A DNA stretch of 61,420 nt, the filler included. It is 4 parts of 4 records of this genome, joined end to end, with 100 filler letters (N's around TTAATTAATTAA, not from the genome) between each part and the next. Parts side by side here need not be neighbours in the genome. Positions count along the whole stretch, not along the records: positions 28,875 to 39,838 come from DRR378314_2083; positions 39,939 to 61,420 come from DRR378314_2084; 2 more parts are not named here. One strand, 5' to 3'. Below, in pieces: positions 30,721-41,801 of the stretch. A program made the translations under genes and the position numbers. How positions within the stretch are numbered: position 1 is the stretch's first letter; each line of letters opens with the position of its first letter. The notes beneath the pieces were generated by a model. The model searched no databases. It saw only the letters and a program-made list of their open reading frames with translations, and had not been told where the DNA came from.

Positions 30721-33645
30721 TCACACATTCTGAAAGAAAAACGGCGTTATATTGAACAACACGCGGAGAGGGCTTACAGTCTCCGACATTTGCGATTGAT
30801 CCGTACCTGAGGCCGCGTGCCCGCGCATGAATCGTCCGCCGCGGCGCCTTTGCCGGCCGGCCGCGCGCCGGATCGCCGTTTGCCCTCCTCCTCACTGTCG
30901 CTCAACGCAGAGCTCGCGTCGGAGTCTTCATCCGTCTCGTCTTCCTCGATTGGATCCGATAAAAACCAGTACATTGCATACGGTACCACTGATGTACGAA
31001 TAGCTGAGAGCAGACCAAAGGTAACGGGAGACGGCGGGCGCTCGAGCGCGGAGAACAGCGAGGTGTCTCCATGAGCGCCTGCCAGCTCCTGCTCTCCCTG
31101 CGCCTTCCACTGGAACTTATCCGCCTCGCCCTGGATCCCTCCATCAGAGAGCTGTGCAACGCGAATATGCGCCGTGTGCTCCTCCATAAATGGACCGTCA
31201 ATAAATTCGATTGTTAGCACGAGCGACGCGGGCGAAGTGGCGTCGTCTGCCACAGTAACTCGCACATCGGATACATATTCGAGAACAGCGGCATCGGCGG
31301 GCGACACCATCGGGCCAACGTTTGGGTGACGCGAGAAAACCTCGCACCAGAATGAAGAACCTGCGCGTTTGTTGAATACCCCGGAAAACCACACGGCCAC
31401 AACGCAAACACATGTCATCCGGACATTCGTTTCACATAGCGTACACGCAAACCCATTTCGCGTCTGCGTCCATACGCGAGCCCATGGCGTCGCACAGAAG
31501 TACACCGCACGGAAACCGCACATGCTGCAAACCTTCTCCCCTAACCATCGCAGGCAACACGCTGCGCAGTCGCAGCTGACGGATCACTTGCGCACGCGAT
31601 CTCATAGCCCTGTCGTCCGCCAAAACATTGCGCACTTACGCTTCAATCTCCACGCGCTGAACGAAATCGATCGCGATGTATAGTCTTGCATTCGCGAGGG
31701 CTCTGTCCTCAAGCGTGCAGCCGCGCAAACAGGCAGCGTGCGGGATAAACATTCATAGCGAAAGCACACCGCCACACGACACAAAAAAAAAAAGAGGTGC
31801 GCACACTCGCGGGCACAGGACCAACTATGCCCACTTTTGCACCCTTCACTCGCACAACGCACCATGGCCGCATAACGGAAGTATCTGTTCCTTTCTTTCG
31901 TCGTAGAGGGCGCGCAACGCATTGTCGTTAGTGCGCGAGGCTTGTGTGAGTTGGCTCTCGATCGCAGAGCGCAGCTGGGCGGCTTCCTCTGCAATCGCTC
32001 CGAGCGCCTCCAGCGTGCGCAGCTGCTCCGACGTGAGGCCCTCTGTGTTCTCGGTGAGACTACTGAACAGCGCCACCGCATCAGGAACGATATCGTCGCG
32101 AATTGCCGTCATAAGTTCTAGCTCTTCCATGAGAGACTCGACGGCGTCGCCGTCGTGCTTTTTCTCGAAAAACTGGAAGAACGACCGCTGTCGCTTGACT
32201 TTCTCGCCGCGCTTTCCCTTCCCCAAGCGCTTAATCGTGAGCTCCTTGCCTGCCCGCCATTGTGGAGCAGCGCCGTCGATTCTGTCGACCTCGCCGGCGG
32301 CATTGAGGAAATACGTTCGCGACAAAACTGATCCCGACGGCTCCAGGAACGGACAGTTGCGAGAAAAGACGAATTTCACGACAATGGCCTGTGCGTACGG
32401 AACGCGTACATATCGAAGAGGACGAGAACGTCCGACAACACGTCAGAGCCATCCCACGGCGCCCGATAGGAGCAAGCCTCTTCTCTTTTCCATTTCCCGG
32501 TACAAACGAGAATCGCCAAGAACACCGCGCACGCGGCAAAAAAAATTGCTCGCAATTACGCGTGCGCGCAGCTGTCGCAAACAAGACGTGGATATGCACC
32601 GCACCGAGAGGGTGTCTGGCCAGATTGGCAGCTGCAGCTTTCGCGCGACAGCACTCCATTTCCCAGCGGAGGCTTCCAGGATTCGGCCTCACTCTCGCTA
32701 CAACGAGGTTCAAGCGCAGTTCATAGAAGTAGGAGCGCATGTACACAGCAAATAATCATCACAAGAACATGAGCGTACGTCTTTCGTCGTTACACATTGG
32801 ATATCCTCGAGATACTGCAGCGCAGCGCTGTCGGCACTTGTTACGCGATCTGCAAAGTCCTGGTGGCTGCAGAGAACGGAGCACCAAAACCCGGGAATAC
32901 CCTGCATGGAGGCAAATCGGTCCACCGCACGCCATACAGGAGCAAATGACACATTAACAAAAGAAATGGAGACCGAGCTGGCGGCCAGGACGCAAGGTAA
33001 GTAGTGCGGTGGTGCTTTCCCCCCCAAACACCGTCGTCAGCACACCGTGCAACCGCAGCACGAAGACGCCGCAACGCCAACCGGCGCAGCACGCAAGCGA
33101 TGGCCCCAACGAATAAAGCGAGTCCAATGACATTTGCACATCTTGCGCACCTTTTCCTCTTTCGTGGTTTCGTGCGCAGAATCTCCCGTCGCCTCCGCGC
33201 CGACCCCTTGCTGAATGAGCTTCCTCCGCTTCGCGTACACGCCAGCCAGCCGCTCGCTGGACTTGACAGCGATGCGCCGCACTTCGGACCGCCCGGCGGC
33301 GACAGCAGCGTCAATGCGGCTCTGCACAGCGTGCGATTTCAGGCAAATCCGCCGCATGCAACGCAAAAACAACGACAACAAAAACAATTTCAATCAAGTA
33401 AAAAAATTTGCATCTGCAAAAATAATACCGGAGGTGGCGAGGTTGCAAACATATCCTCTGCCATCTCACCGGCCTTGTACGGTACAGCAGAGCGCTCCAC
33501 GCGATCAGGCGCAGCGCGGCGCACGACGACGAGCGTCGCCGCCGCCTTGCCGCACCTGCACGCCTTCCAGCACGGCCTGTGCCTGCTCTCGTGCAGCGTC
33601 GCCCAGGTCATCGAGACGCTCCCGCGAAATAGTCGGCGCCGACAT
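30721..33645 (-). CDS. Nucleosome assembly protein (NAP/SET family) with two tandem NAP domains and an acidic tail
   Basis: Exons: 33645-33556, 33321-33151, 32901-32779, 32388-31863, (optional 31684-31640), 31360-30807, possible 30729-30721. Domain 1: long helix ending VYAKRRKLIQ, GIPGFW..., DSAALQYLEDI, FVFSRNCPF, PQWRAGKELT, SFFQFF, IRDDIVPDAVALF. Domain 2: helix ending LYDERKEQI, SSFWCEVFSRHP, DAAVLEYVSDV, FQWK, SLFSAL, IRTSVVPYAMYWF, then EEDETDEDSD. Confidence 0.85.
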
Positions 33646-34430
33646 GGTCAGCGTACACAGAAACGGTCACTACAAGTAACAAAAAGAAAGGGGAGGCAAA
33701 TTCGGCGACGATCGTCGCACGTTCACGAACGCGGCTTTCTACGCACTGTGCGTTCTCCGCTTTGCGGTTCGCTTCGAGCTGCAAGAGTGACTGTACGCAC
33801 GCAAGCACACGCTATGTGAGCACGTTCACAAAGAAAATTACACAGGCGATTGCGTCGGAGGAGCAAAGGCCGCCCGCTCGGCCCTGTCGCTCGATGGAAC
33901 GTGGCGACCAGCTGCGCACGCAAGCCAGTCGACGAGAGAAGATACCCGAGAGTGCCAAGGCAAACGCCAGCGCACGCTCGCCGCACGGCTGCTGGCCAGG
34001 GGAGAGAGTGGCCCGGCGGGTCTGCAGAAGCCCGACGCCGCACATCTCCTCTCAGTAGGGTGGCATCTTGCATCCTCGGCCCAGCGCGCTACCGAAACCC
34101 GGTGATATCCTCTCTTTCGGACACGTCAACCCAGCCGGCCGGCGTTGTCTGTCGCGGCTTTCGCAGAAAGGAAAACAAAAGAAGGAGTTGTTCGCACCTG
34201 CTGCTCAGGTGTTTCTTCCTTTTCGTCTTCGTTCGCTGTTCCTCTCGCAAAACCCTGCGCGCCTACTCCCCTGCCTCTTACATCGAGAGAGCTTCCGTAC
34301 AATATTTTCGTGTATTTAGCGATTGTTCTCGCGCGCTCTAGCTGCCACTGCTTTTCGCGTGACGTACCTTGTCGGAGCGCGCCCGTGAGCAACTTGTGCA
34401 CATATCGCTCCGGCGTGCCTGGTTGCTGCG

Positions 34431-37400
34431 ATGACAGGGCGGGCAAAAATCAGTGTGGCTCACGCAAATGCTGCAGCTGCTTCACCCGTTTATCTAGGTA
34501 AGCTCAAGATTGAGCTGCCCGGCGATGTTGCGGAGGAGCTGCGTCTTGCTGAACGGCGCTGCTGGGCGCGCACACCGACCCACTTCCCGCACTGCGTTGC
34601 CGCGGCGCTTGCTGTGTGGGCGCCTGCTGCCCCGACGCAGCCGGACACGCCGTGGTTGAAGCGCCGGCCTACGCTCCTCTTTGACTCGTTCGTTTCGGGA
34701 TGTTGTCCAGTGACACCATTCATGCTCATGAAATTGTATGTGCTGTCGACATATTTCTGTGAGGGGAGATAGGTGGAGATGTGCGGTTGGCAGCAGGTGC
34801 GACTGCGCAGAGGTATGCCCGCACCCTCTAACCTGCGTCGACGCTGTGCGCTGCTGCAGCTTCGTTTCGTACAGGCCCGCCCCCACAGGGAAGCGTCGAC
34901 GCAGATTCCGCCAACAAAGACGCTCTCCGGTTCCGCGCTTTTCAGACAGGTATAACGATGAGCTCACGTTCTAAAAGCATGCTATAGGAATTGTGTACTG
35001 GCGTACTGGAGCGTATGCGCTTGCGTTGGAGAATCGGTGCTACTCCGCTACACCGTGTGTGCTGCTCCTGACATTCGCGGGCTTTTGTCGGCAACTTTCG
35101 TTCGCGTCCAACAGGAAAGCGGCGTCTTGTCGTGGGCGAGTCGCACCTGCTCAGCTATGTTGACGTGTCGCCCGCAGAAACAACAGGTGCGATATATTTC
35201 GTTGCTTTCCACATGGCAAGACGTGCGCCATTTTCGCTTGAGTCGATTGCTGCAGGAACGAGCTGGTTTTTGCTTTTGTTTGTTTGTTTGTTTCCCGCAG
35301 CAGTCGACTTTGCGCTACACCCTGTACTGACATTGCTCTTTGGTGTTCCCTTTCGACGGCGCGGCCTCTTGAAGACCCCTCTCCGATATCGTACGCAGTG
35401 GGAGTGTGGAAGCCATCCGCAAAGTCTCTCAGTATATTACCATGTGACCGGGTACGCTGCAAGCGAGGACCGCTATGCCTCGCCCCCTGCACGAACAGTG
35501 TTATTGCTCCACGGTGCGGCTGCTGCGTCGCCGTCGTTTCCGTCACCGACGACGCTGCCAGCGCTGGCACTCCCTGGAGCGCCTCGAGCCAATGCGCGCT
35601 CTCAAAATAGGTCGCGCGCGCGGTCCATTTGCTTTGTTATATACGCAGGTATTTTCACTGACGCAGCAATTCAAGAAATCTCGCTCCTCTGTGGCGCAGA
35701 ATGCGACGAGTGAGATGTCGCGCAGTGAACAGCGGTACGCTTCGTTGGTCTCGCACGCGGCGGCACAATGTCATTTTCTGTCTATGCAAATCCGAATTTC
35801 CCTTTGCTTACACCAAACGTTCACCTTATCTGAATGCATGTGAGCATGCTCCAATGACCTTGTCTTAGTCTCAAAGAGGCTTCAAATCTTACCGTGCGTC
35901 ACGATCAGCACATCGGGCACTGTCACACCCCTTCCCACAAGTGCATGGCTCTGCGGCAACCTGATCGCATCATGGGCCGCCCTTGCCGCGACCCCTTCCG
36001 ACGTTTAGCGCCATGCTTGTACAGGCATTTGCATCTCGAAAGGTGAAGAATGCAGAAAAACGTATTGCAGCCGGAAAGGCCGACGCTAACGCGGTGAAGA
36101 ATGTTGACGATGTCGCAGAGTACGTGTTTGCTCCTGGGAAATGTATCTCACCCCACTGTTGCGCTTTCTCCTTGTGCTGGAGAGAGGCGATTGAGGAGGA
36201 GCTTTCGCACTGGACCAGACAACGCGCCCATCCTGGGAGCATTGCCACGTACTCATATGGCTCTTTTACTCATATCTGGTATGTCTGACAAACCGGTGAT
36301 CGTGGCGATTTTATTCTCTGTACGCGTGTGTTCAGAACGATTCAGAAATCTGCGGAGCTGGGCATGACAATGGACGACATGCAGAAAGCAACGCTCGAAG
36401 CCTTTGCAAAGCTGCTTCCTCCGCATAACACGGAAGCTGAGGAAGCCGACCAAGTCTGTACGTTTCCGAACCCCTCCTCCTCTCGTATGGCAGTCGCCGG
36501 GGGACCGCATGTTGACCGCGTGGGCTCTGATTACTCCGTTTGTGGTTCGAAGTGGACCGAGGTGGTTCAGGTCCGTACCTGACGAGAAATGCTCTCGAAC
36601 TGTGTCCTGCCAAACCACTTGGTGTTTCAGACCCGCTCGACGGCATATTGCCTGGCAAGGCTTGGCCTTCGCTCAATGAACCCATGAAGGAGCTCGAAAA
36701 GGCGCTCAAGAAGGATTCGTTGCGAGCAAAAATGCGGTGCGTGCATGCTTTCGGGGCACCATTTACCGTGGCGGGAAATGTAAGAGCGTTCGAATTTCCT
36801 TCCTTTTCATGTAGAGGAGTACTTATTGCATACTTCAGCTTCGGCATTCTCGTGCACAACCTGTGCTATTGTTCATGTCGTTATCTCAAAGGTATTGGGA
36901 CACAAACATGTTCCTGATCCTGGATCTCGCGTGGTATTCTTGTCACGTGGAACACGTAAGCGAAGTAGGGTTATGTACACTGTACGCAGGGATCTGTTGT
37001 GGCGAAGCTCGCTATGTTTTGCGTGTACAAGGCGTGTTCCCTGCTCTTAGTTTCCTCCCCTTGGTTCCGAATAGCAAACGATTGGTCTAAGTACAAATTC
37101 AAATGCTGGTGTGTGCGGACCAATTTCTACTACGGTACATCAAGGGCATCTCTCGCTGCGTAGAATGCGATTGGCAGTTGCCCTATTTTTCCGCTGTGCG
37201 TGGGCGTTATTTTATCAAGGCGAGGCCGGCTTGATCTCCGCCAAGAGGTGCTCGTTCTATGCGCTGTATACGTACCATCGCAGTACCGTATTCGTGTTCT
37301 GTAAAGGTCGAAAATTATGGCCTTGTTTCCATCTTACGATTTTGGTTCCTGTTCTGCATCCATCGCACAGAGAGTCGAAGCGCTGGAGCGCGGTGGTGCT

Positions 37401-38877
37401 GGAGCGGCTTGAGAGGCTCGCGGTGCGTTGCACAGCAGCTGGCAGCACAGCAATTCACACGGAACGAGCCAATTGAGTACATTCCTTTTGCCAATTCCGA
37501 ACAGATGATGCAGTTTTCATTCGCGGTTGGCACATGGTCTATGCATGCGAAATGATATGACGCTGCAAGAAACCCGATGCGCATCGCCGGGCCTGCAAAC
37601 AATGTGCTTTCCCATGCGCGCAGCGACGCGCTCGGATCCTTACCAGCGGCTCCCTTTTCCTTGCCTGCCACTCGTGATGGCGGCGATCCTCGGCGGTATA
37701 CACAGAACGAGGGAGGACTCGATAAATCTCGTATCCGAAATGTTCTTCGCCCGTGCCTAGTGTACGAGTATGCTCTGCGAGTGATGAAAATGAAAGCGAC
37801 TGTGTTCGAGTCAGTATTCTCAGACGACAAGGTTTGTTGGGCGCCGCAAGCCGACGCTGCGCGTTCGACCTTGCCGTGACTTTTTTTCGCCGTTCACTAT
37901 CCCTTCTCATCCAGGTCGACGCAGCCACACACTTGATGGGTTATTAAAAATGGCATGACACTGGTTTGAATTTCTCGCTTGTGTTTACCGCTGCTGCCGC
38001 TGCGATGCAGCATGAAATCCCAGATGCGGCTCTGGAGCACTTTCTTTCGGTTATGTACAAGTCTGAATCGTCGCCCAAAGGGGCTGTCTATCGTCGCGGA
38101 CCGGTACGTTGCTCTTCAAATAGATGTGTTTGTTTCATATGAACAATGCTTATTTTCGCGGTTTTTGAATTATTCCTCGTTGTATAGAAGTACGATCCGG
38201 GTGCGGTGGCGGTTCTTGTTGCCGCCGCGTTCCCTCTTGGCCGACGCGCGGCGGCAAATGGTGTGCCTCCCGCACAGGAGAAGCGGCATGAGTAGATTTG
38301 CGAGCAATGCGTCGCTGTACGTGCATTCTTTGTTCTTTTGTTAATGCTCATCAAGGACTTCTCTACATGTGCGTGCCCCTAATACCGGTGGCACGGGTGC
38401 AGAATGATCGCCGCACAGCGATGTACTACGTGCTGGCTGCTGCGGTCCATGCCGGGGGGCAACAGATTCCCGTTGCGACGGTCGCCAAAGATATAAGCCT
38501 CGCAGAAAAGACCGTCACGTCCAAGTTCAGGTACGAATCCTGCGCGCCGCATTTCCTCTTCAAAATGTAACAAGAAAGAAACGTCGGTGTGATAGTGCGA
38601 GCTGGGTAGGGATCTTCCTTCCAGCACTCGCAACTTCCGACTTGCCCACGAGCGGACACCGCTACGCTACCGCTGGGTGCTTCTCGCTCTACTATTCATT
38701 GATATGCATACTTTTGGATGTATAAATGCGACGGTCGTGGTATTCTGCAGAGAAATGGGATGCAATGTCACAAAGGTATCGATTGCTGCTGCAGACGGGG
38801 AGAGCGCTGCGGAAACCAACGTTGCCAAGTTCAAGGCTCCGCTCGTCCTTCCGCCTGTCCGGAAACGGCGTGCTTAG
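34431..38877 (+). CDS. POLR1E: RNA polymerase I subunit RPA49/PAF53 (A49-like)
   Basis: In-frame exons: 34431-34497, 34875-34949, 35115-35186, 35375-35451, 35649-35734, 36009-36119, 36336-36457, 36631-36736, 37371-37422, 37706-37831, 38011-38103, 38403-38530, 38751-38877. A49 motifs: YAVGVW, LVQAFASRK, LPPHNTEAEEADQVYPLD, YVLAAAVH, VAKDISL, FREMGC, AKFKAPLVLP. The first two exons are less certain. Confidence 0.85.
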
Positions 38878-38946
38878 GGTCATGTGTTTCTGTCATATCT
38901 GTTTCGGTTCCGGTTCATTTACTACAATACAATGAAATTGTCACCG

Positions 38947-39348
38947 TTATTCCTCGTGAAAAGCTTTGGGCGACGCGACGAAGCTGTAGTCGGACAGTAG
39001 CTCCTCGTCGCAAATATCACGAACAGCAACTAGAGCGACAGTCGGTGGAGGACGGAGAACGTCACTGTTGGTTTCCATGTCGCGACGCGCCCAGATATTC
39101 GGAACCTGGGCACGAACGGAAAGTGGAAGTGTGTCCGGCAAGTGGCACTCTGTATACATCACATTATTCACCCGATCGGTGGCGCCATTGATAATATTTC
39201 CGAAAGCAAAGTAGGCTTTCCCGCCGGAGCTGTTCCACCCCTGATGGTCGAGCCATGTATCATCCGCAAGGAACAGTGGGCCAGTTTCCGTTTCTACACG
39301 ATCGCGTAGTCTACACGCCCGAAATATACGCGCAGATAGCCCACTGTC
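38947..39348 (-). CDS. SETD9: SETD9-like SET domain protein, terminal exon (5' part not resolved or truncated)
   Basis: CAG acceptor at 39349-39351, then DSGLSARIFRACRLRDR..GPLFLADDTWL..FAFGNIINGATDRVNNVMYTECHLPDTLPLSVRAQVPNI..VALVAVRDICDEELLSDY. This parallels the SETD9 C-terminal motif series recalled from memory (DKGISK..RDRLGP..DSTWL..LAVGQYVNN..ANVCYQE..LPNI..VVLVALRDI..EELFSNY). Confidence 0.72.
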   Translation of the reverse strand, partial: DSGLSARIFRACRLRDRVETETGPLFLADDTWLDHQGWNSSGGKAYFAFGNIINGATDRVNNVMYTECHLPDTLPLSVRAQVPNIWARRDMETNSDVLRPPPTVALVAVRDICDEELLSDYSFVASPKAFHEE

Positions 39349-39811
39349 CTGCAAGCGTTGTCGGGGGCGCGGAAAACACAAACCGAAAGGAACGAATGCC
39401 AATCACACAAACAGCGCAAGCGCACGGCCTCGATGTCTGCAAAGATATCGCTAGTCGCAAGCATGGTCTCTCTCCCCCATGTGCGCCTTGTCCCGCTCAC
39501 TTTCTCCCCAGTGCAAATGTGCACTCGCTGTGGCAATTAAGGGTGCATAGATGACAAATTCAGAGAGAATCGCCAATAGCAACACCGTGTCTCTGCGACT
39601 CGCACGCATTGTGTCGCCAGCGGGGCTAGCGGCGCCCCAGGAGCAGCAACGTCTGCCAAGCCTCCGCCACGCGCGCAGACGACCACCGGCGGACCTGCGA
39701 ACTAGCTACGCCATGCCATGCATCCCCTCCACGTATTCAACCGCTCAGTGTCGCACGCAGTAACTGCGATCCCGCAAATATCGCATAGCGTAGGCGATAG
39801 AGACGTTAACA

Positions 39812-39838
39812 CGCGCGCGCGCACACACACACACACAC
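39812..39838. repeat. (CG)n(CA)n microsatellite at the contig end
   Basis: cgcgcgcgcg followed by cacacaca... running into the spacer. Confidence 0.9.
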
Positions 39839-39938
39839 NNNNNNNNNNNNNNNNNNNNNNNNNNNNNNNNNNNNNNNNNNNNTTAATTAATTAANNNNNN
39901 NNNNNNNNNNNNNNNNNNNNNNNNNNNNNNNNNNNNNN
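39839..39938. other. Artificial contig spacer; boundary between eukaryotic and bacterial DNA
   Basis: 44 N + TTAATTAATTAA + 44 N; base composition and gene structure change abruptly across it. Confidence 0.99.
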
Positions 39939-39968
39939 GAGTAGTGAGTAGTGAGTAGTGAGTAGTGA
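39939..39968 (+). repeat. Heptamer tandem repeat (GAGTAGT)x4, truncated by the contig start
   Basis: Copies start at 39939, 39946, 39953 and 39960, followed by GA. Confidence 0.95.
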
Positions 39969-40014
39969 AGAAAAAAAATCATAATCCTGAGGACAAATTT
40001 TTAAGCATATAGAC

Positions 40015-40980
40015 ATGAGTTATTTAGAAGCAACAAATGAATTATATAAGAATGCGGCATTGACCCCAGATGTTGGACTGTGCTGTACCACCAATCCAAT
40101 TTGGCAATTCCCAGGATTGTCCATCCCAAAAATTATGCAGGAGATGAACTACGGTTGTGGAAGTACGGTTTCTGCCCAGGATCTGGTCAACAATCCAAAG
40201 GTGCTATATGTAGGAGTCGGAGGTGGAATGGAGTTGTTACAATTTTCATATTTTTCCAGACAAACCGGCGGGGTAACCGGGGTAGATGTTGTGGATGAGA
40301 TGCTGGAAGCTTCCAAAGAAAACTTCAAAATTGCGGAACAGGAAAACCCATGGTTCAAGAGCGAGTTTGTAAACTTGGTAAAAGGAGATGCCCTACACCT
40401 GCCTATTGAGGACGAAAGTATTGATGTTGCGGCTCAGAACTGTCTGTTTAACATCTTTAAGACGGAAGAGTTGAAGAAAGCGGTTGCGGAAATGTATCGC
40501 GTATTAAAACCTCATGGAAGATTGGTTATGAGCGACCCCATATGTGAACAGCCTATGAACGAAACCCTGCGTAACGATGACCGACTAAGGGCTCTGTGTT
40601 TAAGCGGTAGTATCCCTTTGAAAGAGTACATAAAGGTATTGACGGATGCCGGTTTTGGAACCATTGAAATTAGGGCGCGAAAATCTTACCGCGTTCTCTC
40701 TCCCAATCACTATCCTACGGAGGATTTAATCTTTATTGAGTCTATTGAAATTGCCGCGATAAAAGACCCCATGCCCCAAGATGGCCCCTGCGTTTTTACA
40801 GGCAAAACAGCCATTTATTACGGTAATGAAGAATATTTTGATGATGAAAACGGCCATGTTCTAATGCAAAACCAGCCTCTGGCGGTATGTGACAAAACTG
40901 CAGCTGCCTTAGAAAAAAGCAATGCCGAAATTCATATAAGTAACAGTACTTGGCATTATAATGGTGGAGGCTGCTGTTAA
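40015..40980 (+). CDS. arsM: Arsenite S-adenosylmethionine methyltransferase, arsenosugar-biosynthesis type
   Basis: 321 aa. SAM motif VLYVGVGGG; ArsM cysteines in LCC, NYGCG, QNCLFN and ALCLSG; C-terminal extension DGPCVFTG..PLAVCDKTA..YNGGGCC. Neighbours are DUF547 and a TIGR04283-type glycosyltransferase. Confidence 0.9.
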   Translation: MSYLEATNELYKNAALTPDVGLCCTTNPIWQFPGLSIPKIMQEMNYGCGSTVSAQDLVNNPKVLYVGVGGGMELLQFSYFSRQTGGVTGVDVVDEMLEASKENFKIAEQENPWFKSEFVNLVKGDALHLPIEDESIDVAAQNCLFNIFKTEELKKAVAEMYRVLKPHGRLVMSDPICEQPMNETLRNDDRLRALCLSGSIPLKEYIKVLTDAGFGTIEIRARKSYRVLSPNHYPTEDLIFIESIEIAAIKDPMPQDGPCVFTGKTAIYYGNEEYFDDENGHVLMQNQPLAVCDKTAAALEKSNAEIHISNSTWHYNGGGCC

Positions 40981-41042
40981 TCATGATATTGATGTAAGGT
41001 TTAATGGGCCTGGCACACTAATTAGAGGTAAATAATATTTCC

Positions 41043-41801
41043 ATGCATCTTAAATTATCGATACTTCTGATCCTTCTACTAACGAATAGTAGTGTTGTTA
41101 GTTTTGTGCCTTTACCAAGGTCTATTGAAAATTTTCCCATGGATATGGTTTGGCAATTAGACCATTCCCAATGGGATATTTTACTTAAAAAGCATGTAGA
41201 CAATACAGGAAATGTGGACTATAAAGGCTTTGCCCAGGATATAAATGCGTTACAGGATTATTTGGATTATTTGGCCAAGAACCAGCCAACGGATAAGGCA
41301 CACAAACGCGAAAAACTTGCTTATTACATTAACCTTTACAATGCCGCTACCGTAAAACTTATTTTGGACAATTATCCTACCAAAAGTATTAAGGACATCA
41401 AAAATCCATGGGGGAAAGATGTAGTGCAAATGGGTACTGAGAAGATTTCTTTGGGCAATCTGGAACACAAAATACTACGCAAAATGGATGAACCGCGAAT
41501 TCATTTTGCCATTAACTGCGCCTCTTTTTCCTGTCCAAAATTATTGAACACGGCTTTTACTGCTACCAATCTTGAAAAACTTCTGGAACAAACGGCCATA
41601 GATTTTATAAACGACCCCAAAAGAAATGTGCTCACAAAGGAAAAAGCCTCCCTGTCCGAAATTTTTAACTGGTACAAAAAAGATTTCACCAAAAATGGCT
41701 CCTTAATAGATTACCTTAATAAGTATGCCTCCCAAAAATTGACTTCGGATACCAAAATAAGTTATTTGAACTATAATTGGGGACTAAATGAAATTGAGTA
41801 A
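41043..41801 (+). CDS. DUF547 domain protein, probably exported
   Basis: Hydrophobic N-terminus; motifs WDILLKKHV, VDYKGF, LAYYINLYNA, LEHKILR, EPRIHFAINCASFSCP, IFNWYKKDF, YNWGLN. Confidence 0.9.
   Translation: MHLKLSILLILLLTNSSVVSFVPLPRSIENFPMDMVWQLDHSQWDILLKKHVDNTGNVDYKGFAQDINALQDYLDYLAKNQPTDKAHKREKLAYYINLYNAATVKLILDNYPTKSIKDIKNPWGKDVVQMGTEKISLGNLEHKILRKMDEPRIHFAINCASFSCPKLLNTAFTATNLEKLLEQTAIDFINDPKRNVLTKEKASLSEIFNWYKKDFTKNGSLIDYLNKYASQKLTSDTKISYLNYNWGLNEIE

Noticed and set aside
31922-32755. Long plus-strand ORF of 277 aa
   Set aside because: Antisense shadow of the NAP exon 32388-31863.
23094-39938. Repeated TTAATTAATTAA palindrome within N runs, as a possible biological repeat or att site
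   Set aside because: An identical 100-nt six-frame-stop linker used to concatenate contigs; artificial.
39939-39968. CRISPR array or telomeric repeat
   Set aside because: Contiguous 7-mers with no spacers, no cas genes, and on a bacterial contig.
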